From: Planctomycetales bacterium
GTDB taxonomy: Bacteria; 4484-113; JAFGCY01
Assembly (NCBI GenBank): GCA_022646745.1
Contig: CP060262.1
Span: 2,970,001-3,002,000, forward strand
Reading direction: 5' to 3'
DNA: 32,000 bases
Positions 1-6,631 of this stretch are shown piece by piece. Under the pieces are notes generated by a model, which saw only the letters and a list, made by a program, of their open reading frames with translations, was not told the DNA's origin and made no database searches. Positions within the stretch are counted from its first letter, which is position 1. Every line of letters starts with the position of its first letter. The position numbers were made by a program, and so were the translations under genes.

Positions 1-105
1 GGCGTTGACCGGGACGCCCTCGGGCGTCGTCATGTCGCCCTTGATGCTGAAATAGGCGCGGAATATCAGCCCCGTGCCGTCGATGAGCAGGATGTGCCTA
101 GACAT
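1..105 (-). CDS. N-terminus of a 5'-3' exonuclease domain (DNA polymerase I or FEN-like nuclease), partial; runs off the window start
   Basis: The reverse complement of 1-105 reads ATG MSRHILLIDGTGLIFRAYFSIKGDMTTPEGVPVNA. This matches the conserved LL(I/V)DG..L.(F/Y)RAY....T..G.P.NA opening of Pol I 5'-nuclease domains. It is too short to appear in the ORF track. Confidence 0.55.
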   Translation of the reverse strand, partial: MSRHILLIDGTGLIFRAYFSIKGDMTTPEGVPVNA

Positions 106-166
106 GAGCGCATGATAGCATCCAGCCCGGCGGGCTCCCGCCGCATTCCACCCCACACCTGACGGT

Positions 167-172
167 TATAAT
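167..172 (+). promoter_or_regulatory. -10 hexamer TATAAT, 6 nt upstream of the def GTG start (leaderless-type arrangement)
   Basis: ggtTATAATtggcagGTGatc. No SD sequence fits in the 6-nt gap. Confidence 0.45.
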
Positions 173-178
173 TGGCAG

Positions 179-688
179 GTGATCTATGAAATCGTGAAGG
201 TGCCCGCCAAGATCCTGCGCCGCCAGTGCAAGCGCATTACTGCTGCCGACGGCATGGACCTGCTCGCGCTGTGGCATGACATGTCCGAAACGATGCAGGA
301 GGCCCACGGGGTCGGCCTGGCTGCGCCGCAGATTGACAAGGGTATCCGCTTCCTGGTGGCCCATGATGTCGAGACCGGCGAGACTCATCCCTTCGTCAAT
401 CCGGAGATCGTCGCCGTCAGCGAGGAGGAGGAAGTGCTCAGCGAGGGCTGCCTCTCTATCCCTGGCCTGCGCGGTGACATCTCGCGCCACCTCGGCATCA
501 TCATGCGCTTCCAGGACCTCGAGTTCAGGCAGCATGAGGCCGAGTTCCAGGGCTTTTTCGCCCGCGTGCTGCAGCACGAGGTGGACCACCTGAACGGCAT
601 CCTGATCAGTGACCGTGCTATCAACGGCATGCATGAGGACACCGATGAGGATGATGAGGAACAGGAAGACGGGGCAGGGCAGATCTGA
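179..688 (+). CDS. def: peptide deformylase
   Basis: Carries the three deformylase motifs: GVGLAAPQI, EGCLSIPG and HEVDHLNG. GTG start. Has an unusual acidic C-terminal tail, EDTDEDDEEQEDGAGQI. Confidence 0.93.
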   Translation: MIYEIVKVPAKILRRQCKRITAADGMDLLALWHDMSETMQEAHGVGLAAPQIDKGIRFLVAHDVETGETHPFVNPEIVAVSEEEEVLSEGCLSIPGLRGDISRHLGIIMRFQDLEFRQHEAEFQGFFARVLQHEVDHLNGILISDRAINGMHEDTDEDDEEQEDGAGQI

Positions 689-1734
689 TGCCCGATGACG
701 GCCCGCGCATGATGAACCTCTCCGCCCTGCGCGGGGACAGCGAGTTCAATTCGCTGCGTCCCCAGCGCTTTGCGGACTTCGCCGGCCAGAAGCAGGTTGT
801 TGACAACCTGTCAGTGATGATCGACGCCGCCCGCATCCGCCAGGAGCCTGTTGAGCACATCCTGTTCAGCGGACCGCCGGGGCTCGGCAAGACAACCCTT
901 GCACACCTGATCGCCAACGAGATGCAGACCACGCTCGTTGCCAGCAGTGGCCCGCTGATGGACAAGCCGGGCGACCTGGTGGCGATCCTCTCCAGCCTGT
1001 CCACCGGACAGGTGTTCTTCCTCGATGAGATCCACCGCCTGCCGCGCACCGTGGAGGAGACGCTCTACAGCGCGATGGAGGACTTCAAGGTGGACATCGT
1101 GACCGGCAGCGGCCCGGGGGCACGGACGATCACCCTGCCGCTGGAGCGCTTCACGCTGGTCGGTGCCACCACGCGCTCCGGCATGCTGAGTGCCCCGCTG
1201 CGCGACCGTTTCGGCGGCCAGTTCCACCTAGAGTTCTACACTCCGGAGGAACTGGCAACCATCATCAGCCGAGCCACCGCCGGGATGGAGCTCGAGATTG
1301 ACGACAAGGCCCGGCTGTTCCTCGCGGCCCACAGCCGTGGCACGCCGCGCATCGCCCTGCGCCTGCTGCGCCGTGTGCGCGACTTCGTGCAGGTCAGCGG
1401 CGAGGTGCGCATCACTGAGCAGAGTGCCCGTGACGCCCTGGAGCGCATCGGCATCGGCGCGCTCGGCCTCGACAGGATGGACCGCGAGATCCTGGTTGCC
1501 ATCATCCAGCGCTTCAGCGGCGGGCCGGTCGGGCTCGAGACGCTGTCAGCGGTGTTCCATGAGGAGAAGGATGTGCTGGCCGAGGTGCATGAGCCCTACA
1601 TGCTAAAGCTCGGGCTGCTGGCCCGCACTCCGCGGGGAAGGGTGGCAACTGCGCGGGCCTACGAGTACCTCGGGCTGGTAGTGCCGAAGGACCTGCCGGC
1701 AGCTCCGCTGTTTGACGACGAGTCCGGAGACTAG
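688..1734 (+). CDS. ruvB: Holliday junction branch migration helicase RuvB
   Basis: LRPQRFADFAGQ opening, Walker A GPPGLGKTTLA, Walker B FLDEIHRL, and the C-terminal winged-helix region (GTPRIALRLLRRVRD). The ATG overlaps the def TGA by 1 nt (cTGATGc). Confidence 0.95.
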   Translation: MPDDGPRMMNLSALRGDSEFNSLRPQRFADFAGQKQVVDNLSVMIDAARIRQEPVEHILFSGPPGLGKTTLAHLIANEMQTTLVASSGPLMDKPGDLVAILSSLSTGQVFFLDEIHRLPRTVEETLYSAMEDFKVDIVTGSGPGARTITLPLERFTLVGATTRSGMLSAPLRDRFGGQFHLEFYTPEELATIISRATAGMELEIDDKARLFLAAHSRGTPRIALRLLRRVRDFVQVSGEVRITEQSARDALERIGIGALGLDRMDREILVAIIQRFSGGPVGLETLSAVFHEEKDVLAEVHEPYMLKLGLLARTPRGRVATARAYEYLGLVVPKDLPAAPLFDDESGD

Positions 1735-2273
1735 ACCGTCCCGCCTTCGCCTTCGTCATGCCCGTCATCCGGCTCCGGATCGGGGCGGAATTCCCAGCGG
1801 CGCAGCAGCCATTCACCGTTCTGGCGCTCGAACTGCAGGTAATCGTTGTCAGTCGCCACCCGTACCTCAGGCGGCACGATGTCAGGCATCTGCGAGGTGT
1901 AGTCACTGGTGCAGTGCGCCGTGGCGATGTCGCCGTCCAGTTCCAGGCCGACCATCACCAGCTCGAACTGGATGTTGGCATTGTCCTCGAACACCTTGGC
2001 CCAGAAGTTGCGGAAGGAGCCGACTCCTTCGCCGGTCCATTCGCTGGAGTAGCGCACCGCAACATTGTTGTCCATCGTGAACTGCTCGCTGATAGGCTGG
2101 CTGGCCAGGAACACGTCCTCGCCGTTGATGCCGGCCTCGATCAGGCGGATGTTGTGCTCCAGCACCGAGCGCACGTCCTCGATCTCCAGTGGAGCGCTGT
2201 AGCTGCTCGTGCAGCCGGCCGGCAGGATTGCCAGCAGGCCGAGCAGCATTGTTGTCTGTATCAGTCTCTTCAT
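1731..2273 (-). CDS. putative lipoprotein, NTF2/SnoaL-like fold suspected, acidic C-terminus
   Basis: Signal peptide plus a Cys lipobox-like site (MKRLIQTTMLLGLLAILPAGC). Start is coupled to the upstream OMP gene by an ATGA overlap at 2273. The fold assignment is only an impression from size and pattern. Confidence 0.6.
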   Translation of the reverse strand: MKRLIQTTMLLGLLAILPAGCTSSYSAPLEIEDVRSVLEHNIRLIEAGINGEDVFLASQPISEQFTMDNNVAVRYSSEWTGEGVGSFRNFWAKVFEDNANIQFELVMVGLELDGDIATAHCTSDYTSQMPDIVPPEVRVATDNDYLQFERQNGEWLLRRWEFRPDPEPDDGHDEGEGGTV

Positions 2274-3961
2274 CAGAACCTGTGGGTAACTATAGCTTCT
2301 ATGCGGTCGGAATTCGTGTAGCGTTCCGTGAAATCAAAGTTGTTGCCGCTGGCACCGGTGTAGCTCCAGCCCGAGTTGCTCTGCAGGATCAGCTGGTAGG
2401 TCCAGTTGGCATTCGTGTTGTAGGCCATGTTGATGTTCAGGCCGTGCTGGTCATTCTTCTGGAAACTCGTGGCCCGCCGCAGCAGGTTGCGCTCCCATTG
2501 CGCATTCAGGCGGAAGTTGCCCCCGGCGCCGCCCTGCATCTGGCCGCTGGTGAAGTCATACACAACGCGGGTCTGCAGGTTTTCCGTCGGAGTGTTGACC
2601 AGGTTCTGCGCATTGTAGGAGTCGTTGTAGCTCTGGGACATCTCCATGCTCAGGTTGGCGTTCTCACCCAGCCGGCTGCCGGCCCGGTAGCTGTACTTCG
2701 AGTATTCGGTGCGGTCCCGCCGGTTCGGTCCGACGAACTGCTTCTGCTGGTAGCCGAACTGGTAGCTGTTGCGGCCGCCTGGGGCGTTGTAGTTCAGGTT
2801 GCTCTCCAGTGTCGCCTCATCACGAGTGATCTCACGGGTTATGTTGTTGAAGTCGTTTTGCAGGTTATACAGCACCTGCACCTGGGTGCGCTTGTTAGGG
2901 CGGAAGCTCATCGTCAGGTTCTGGCGGGTCGTGCCTGAGCTGTTGTTTCCGTTGTCAAAATCCTGTAGGTTGTTGACATACACCAGTACCAGCTCACGCC
3001 CCTCCGGTACGGGCGGATTGTAGCGCAGCGTCACTTCACGTTCCATACTGCGGTTGCCGGCAGTGCTCAGGTTGCCCCAGTGGCGTGATACGAAGCGGTA
3101 GTTGTAGTTCATCGGGTAGTTCGGCAGCTTGCCGCCGAAGGCCAGCTGGTACCACAGTGCCGTGTTGCCACCGGCCTCATCCTGCCGGTTGTTCTGGCTG
3201 GTGTTCACTTCGTAGTTCATGTCCATGTTGAGCCGGCCCATGTTGCCGATCTCCATGTCCCGGTGTCCGATCACCACGAACTTGTTGCTGCTGGTTTCCA
3301 CCCGGTCAGTGCCGAACAGGTCGCGGCTCAGGCGGTTCTCGTTGTGCACCTGCACGTTGTAGTTGCCGCGCGGGGTGTTGCCACGCAGCTCCGTGAAGCC
3401 CTTCCAGTAGAGCTCATCACTGCCGCGGCTCTGGGAATAGCCGTCATAGCTGACGTTGTTGCGTTCCGAGGCCGTCATCGAGAAGCGGAAGCCCTGAGGT
3501 GGGTTGACTTCGATGTTGACATTCTTGAAGTCGTTCAGGAACTGGTTGCGCTGGCGCTGCGAGGGGTTCACATCGCTGGAATTCTCGACATGGTTGAACA
3601 CGTAGCTGCCATTGGCATAGCCACCGGTCTTCAGGTCCATGCGGAATTCGTAGACATCCTGGCGGATGTTGCGGGTGAAGTCCTGCTCAACCTCCTGGTT
3701 GTCCTGCAGGTTGAGCTGGTACTTGAAGTTGAGCTGCGCTGTCATCCGGTTGAGCTTGATCTCACCCGTGTTCCAGTTCACGTCCCAGGTCGAGCTGAAC
3801 TGCTCATTGTTGTCGTTCTGGGTGATGATGCGGGTGGTGCTCACGATCGAGGGCAGCTTGCGGATCGCGTCCCGTGGGGCGGCAGCGCGCGCAGGGACTG
3901 CTGTGCAGATCCCCAGGCTCAGGACCGTGATGATCCAGGCGAGTTTCGCCGACCCCGTCAT
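2273..3961 (-). CDS. outer-membrane beta-barrel protein (porin/BBP-like), function unknown
   Basis: Signal peptide MTGSAKLAWIITVLSLGICTAVPARA/AAP. The sequence is rich in N, Q, Y, S and G with an alternating pattern throughout. C-terminal ...IVTHRF ends in an aromatic residue, typical of BAM substrates. Confidence 0.75.
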   Translation of the reverse strand: MTGSAKLAWIITVLSLGICTAVPARAAAPRDAIRKLPSIVSTTRIITQNDNNEQFSSTWDVNWNTGEIKLNRMTAQLNFKYQLNLQDNQEVEQDFTRNIRQDVYEFRMDLKTGGYANGSYVFNHVENSSDVNPSQRQRNQFLNDFKNVNIEVNPPQGFRFSMTASERNNVSYDGYSQSRGSDELYWKGFTELRGNTPRGNYNVQVHNENRLSRDLFGTDRVETSSNKFVVIGHRDMEIGNMGRLNMDMNYEVNTSQNNRQDEAGGNTALWYQLAFGGKLPNYPMNYNYRFVSRHWGNLSTAGNRSMEREVTLRYNPPVPEGRELVLVYVNNLQDFDNGNNSSGTTRQNLTMSFRPNKRTQVQVLYNLQNDFNNITREITRDEATLESNLNYNAPGGRNSYQFGYQQKQFVGPNRRDRTEYSKYSYRAGSRLGENANLSMEMSQSYNDSYNAQNLVNTPTENLQTRVVYDFTSGQMQGGAGGNFRLNAQWERNLLRRATSFQKNDQHGLNINMAYNTNANWTYQLILQSNSGWSYTGASGNNFDFTERYTNSDRIEAIVTHRF

Positions 3962-3968
3962 CCCTTTA

Positions 3969-3974
3969 ATTCTA
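3969..3974 (-). promoter_or_regulatory. -10 hexamer TAGAAT, 7 nt upstream of the OMP ATG
   Basis: The minus strand reads gtgaTAGAATtaaagggATG. Confidence 0.4.
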
Positions 3975-4144
3975 TCACTGACGAATTCTCAGGATTGCCA
4001 CTCAGCCCGCATCAGTATTGGCTTCAGCCCTATGGTTGCTTTGATGGATTGTTGATCGATTTGCGCTTGTGTTGATTAATTGTGGACAGTTAAGGCCCGA
4101 TATGTTAGCATCAACGCATCTCAGGGTTGAGAAAAGGGAATATC

Positions 4145-4933
4145 ATGAGGCAGATTCTGTTCCTCGCCGCTTTCATGCTGCTGCTCGGCGGCATTTCATC
4201 CGCGCAGGCCAGTGACACTCTGGCTGACACTGCGTCCATCAATTCCTGCTCCGACTGCGGCAAGTGCAACGACAGCAAGTGCGGTTGCGAGAAGCCCAAG
4301 TGCGGTTGCAAGGAAAAGCAGTGCGGCTGCAAGACGGAACAGAAATGCGGCTGCAAGACAGAGAAGAAATGTGGCTGTGAAAAGCCGAAATGCGGCTGTG
4401 AGAAGCCCAAGTGTGGCTGCAAGGAGCAGAAGTGCGGTTGCGAGAAGCAGAGCTGCGGTTGTGAGAAGCAGAGCTGAGGTTGTGAGAAGCAGGACTGCGG
4501 CTGCATCAGCAACGAGATCATGTATGGCGACGGCCTGGCGTTCTCCCTTGCCGGTGCCGATTCAATGCAGAGCACCGGCGGCCTGGCCTTCACCATGGTG
4601 GATGTGAAGAGCGGCTCGCTGGATGCCAAGTGCTGCCCCTCTGAGAAGTTCTGCCTGCTGGACAACTGCACCGAGTGCTACACCCTGGTCTGCTGTTCCG
4701 GTGAGATGGAGCTCCTGTGCAACGACAAGTGCGGCAAGCAGAAGTGCGGCAGCTGCAACAAATGTGAGCACAAGTGCGGCTGCGAGAAACCGAAGTGCGG
4801 TTGTGAGAAGCCTAAGTGCGGCTGCGAAAAGCCCAAATGTGGCTGTGAAAAGCAGAAGTGCGGCTGCAAGGAAAAGTCATCCTGCGGCTGTGAGAAGAAG
4901 AGCTGCGGCTGCAGCAAATGCGGCTCCCACTGA
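4145..4933 (+). CDS. secreted Cys-rich (CGC-repeat, metallothionein-like) protein, interrupted by an in-frame TGA at 4475-4477. It is either a recoded or read-through gene, or a nonsense-disrupted gene.
   Basis: Track ORFs 4127..4477 and 4520..4933 share one frame and are separated only by this TGA. The likely start is ATG 4145 (SD aaggga 6 nt upstream). Signal peptide MRQILFLAAFMLLLGGISSAQA. About 51 Cys in 262 codons, mostly as K-C-G-C-E-K-P type heptads. Confidence 0.55.
4280..4504 (+). repeat. intragenic tandem 21-24-nt repeats encoding CGC-x4/5 units (N-terminal array, 12 units including the TGA unit)
   Basis: tgcggttgcgagaagcccaag-type units are reiterated. The units at 4454-4474 and 4475-4495 differ at the first codon (TGC vs TGA). 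Confidence 0.9.
4775..4921 (+). repeat. intragenic tandem repeats encoding CGC-x4/5 units (C-terminal array, 7 units)
   Basis: CGCEKPKCGCEKPKCGCEKPKCGCEKQKCGCKEKSSCGCEKKSCGC. Confidence 0.9.
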
Positions 4934-4980
4934 ACCCTGCCACCTGACAGCTTCATAAGCTGACAATCACTGATTACTAA

Positions 4981-5010
4981 AAAGCCGGCCCGCGGGCCGG
5001 CTTTCTACTT
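4981..5010. terminator. bidirectional intrinsic terminator
   Basis: Perfect 18-nt GC palindrome GCCGGCCCGCGGGCCGGC (4984-5001). It is flanked by AAAAA upstream and TTTCTACTTTC downstream, which gives a T5 tail on the minus strand. Confidence 0.8.
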
Positions 5011-5067
5011 TCTCATTCTGCTTCTGCTTCTGTTTCTGCTTCCAGCTCTCTGCTCTCTGCTTACTTC
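5011..5067 (-). repeat. purine-rich (AGCAGA)n / (ARN)n tract in the 3' UTR of the 5068..5523 gene
   Basis: The minus strand after the TGA stop reads GAAGTAAGCAGAGAGCAGAGAGCTGGAAGCAGAAACAGAAGCAGAAGCAGAATGAGAAAGTAGAAAG, followed by the terminator hairpin. There are 8 consecutive A-R-N triplets at 5040..5017. Confidence 0.7.
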
Positions 5068-5523
5068 TCAGTGCAGGTTATCCATCACTGCCTTGGTCCC
5101 CTCTGCGCGGCGCTGCACCGAATCGGAGGCATGGCTGAGGAATCCACCCGCCACTCCGACAATCAGCAGGAAGAGGTAGATCCAGCCGTCGCGGGCCATG
5201 TAGCGCTCCGGCGTGAAGTTCTCATAGCCGAAAATGCGGCCCATTCCGCTGGAGAAGACCAGCATGTCCAGGCCGATGCAGATCACCACCCAGGACACAC
5301 CCATCACCACACCCTCGAGCCGCCGGTTACCGGAGCATTTCGGCAGGTAGAGGATCGTGGACAGGCAGGCCACGGCCAGGCCGATCAGCAGGATCACGAC
5401 CACGGCGCGGTCAGAGTAGCCCTGCACACCGTACAGGCCGACCCGGGCGAGGATCTCCACGATCCAGATCATGAATCCGTAGCCGAATATCTCAAGCCAG
5501 CGCAGGCTGTCAGAGTCATTCAT
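5068..5523 (-). CDS. small polytopic membrane protein, unknown function
   Basis: Four hydrophobic segments. SD aggaag lies 7 nt upstream of the ATG. The antisense ORF 5071..5526 is H/Q/D/R-rich and looks like a shadow. Confidence 0.65.
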   Translation of the reverse strand: MNDSDSLRWLEIFGYGFMIWIVEILARVGLYGVQGYSDRAVVVILLIGLAVACLSTILYLPKCSGNRRLEGVVMGVSWVVICIGLDMLVFSSGMGRIFGYENFTPERYMARDGWIYLFLLIVGVAGGFLSHASDSVQRRAEGTKAVMDNLH

Positions 5524-5635
5524 TGATCAGCTTCCTAAGCACTCCACAGTGACAACAACAATAACCAGGCTCAGTTGTCCATATACTCAATTCGCATGGA
5601 CACCTGAGCATTTTAAAGCAGGTGCCGGGCTTTGG

Positions 5636-6346
5636 CTAGCGGTCTGGCTCCGTGAAGTCAATTCCGGTGTTCACTCTCCTCTGTTCCACTTCCTTGCCCG
5701 GCGGGATCATGATCAGGCTGAGGATGAATCCACTCAGCAGGCCAACCAGGTGCGCCATGTAGGCCAGGTTGTTCTGCAGCCAGCTGATCTGCATGTCCGC
5801 GCCGACCCACAGCACTGCGTTGTACATCGCCATCAGCCCGACCAGCAGCCAGGCCGGCAACGGCCAGGGGATCGGCGGGAAGATGATGTAGAAGCGCACA
5901 TTCGGGTAGTGCCTGACGAAGGCCGCGAACAGCGCGAACAGCCCGCCGCTGGCTCCCACCAGCGCATAGCCCGGTGCATGCACGGCCTGGGCCATGCCAG
6001 CCACCAGTGCGCTCAGGTAGAACAGCAGGAAGAATCGGAATGAGCCGTAGCGGATCTCCATCCAGCGGCCCACGATGTACAGGCCGATCCCGTTGGACAG
6101 TAGGTGCAGGAAGTTATCATGCACGAACATGTGGATGAACAGCCCGGGGACGGTCTTGCCATGTGCCGGGTCAAATGCCAGTTCCAGTTGGTAAAGCTCA
6201 TCCGCCCGCAGCACATTGGCGTACATGAACACGGCAACGCACAGCGCCAGGATCCCCCAAGTGACAGGTGTCGGCGGGATCTCCTCGCGTCGGATCCGCG
6301 GCTTGTGCTGCTGCTCCTCATACGGGTTGTTCTGGTAATCGTCCAT
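5636..6346 (-). CDS. rhomboid family intramembrane serine protease
   Basis: Has the HxxxN motif (FLHLLSNG) and the catalytic GxSG motif (GASGGLFALF). A downstream His lies in a TM segment (AYMAHLVGLLSG). Six TM segments. Confidence 0.85.
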   Translation of the reverse strand: MDDYQNNPYEEQQHKPRIRREEIPPTPVTWGILALCVAVFMYANVLRADELYQLELAFDPAHGKTVPGLFIHMFVHDNFLHLLSNGIGLYIVGRWMEIRYGSFRFFLLFYLSALVAGMAQAVHAPGYALVGASGGLFALFAAFVRHYPNVRFYIIFPPIPWPLPAWLLVGLMAMYNAVLWVGADMQISWLQNNLAYMAHLVGLLSGFILSLIMIPPGKEVEQRRVNTGIDFTEPDR

Positions 6347-6405
6347 GACAGGCCACTGCGGCTTTGATCTTAACGTCTGCGCATGCTGCTGCAGCTCAAT
6401 AACAC

Positions 6406-6421
6406 TATTGGTTACCCAATA
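6406..6421. promoter_or_regulatory. operator-like inverted repeat TATTGG-N4-CCAATA
   Basis: Perfect 6-bp arms. Lies in the 285-bp divergent region between the rhomboid and dockerin-lipoprotein genes and is embedded in a larger CTCAA...TTGAG stem. Confidence 0.35.
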
Positions 6422-6581
6422 CTGTTGAGCCGTAGTTTTAAGTCAAGGGGGTTCATCATGGCAACCGGCGGTGCTTCGTTTCTGACTTGCAGTACGACAC
6501 AATCTGATTGAAAGATGCCTAACGGCAATTTCACCTCTGGTTTAGCTGGCCTTTAAGCAGCAATCTCCTGCGCCGTTACCC

Positions 6582-6597
6582 TATTGGTGTATCAATA
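6582..6597. promoter_or_regulatory. second operator-like inverted repeat TATTGG-N4-TCAATA
   Basis: 5/6 symmetric. Lies 176 bp from the first site and 35 nt upstream of ATG 6632. A CAATAAC word flanks both sites. Confidence 0.3.
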
Positions 6598-6631
6598 ACG
6601 GAATCCAAACGGATGCCCTTGGAGGTTACTT

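Noticed and set aside
4127-4144. TTG 4127 as the start of the Cys-rich protein (track start)
   Set aside because: ATG 4145 has an aaggga SD at correct spacing and yields a canonical signal peptide. The extra MRKGNI would be encoded by the SD region itself.
4475-4477. Global reassignment of TGA (code 4/25-like)
   Set aside because: TGA terminates well-defined genes at their expected ends (def 686-688, the hlyD-like gene 10151-10153, the ABC ATPase 11085-11087, the HAD gene 20279-20281).
4520-4933. The second half of the Cys-rich region treated as an independent gene starting at ATG 4520
   Set aside because: It is in the same frame as the upstream ORF and separated only by the TGA. It has no signal peptide despite a Cys-rich, exported-type composition, and no convincing SD. 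It is better read as one gene with an internal TGA (see finding).
6458-6511. 17-codon uORF (MATGGASFLTCSTTQSD) with an AGGGGG SD in the rhomboid/dockerin intergenic region
   Set aside because: The SD spacing is good, but the ORF is too short to evaluate without conservation or ribosome-profiling data. It is not reported as a feature.
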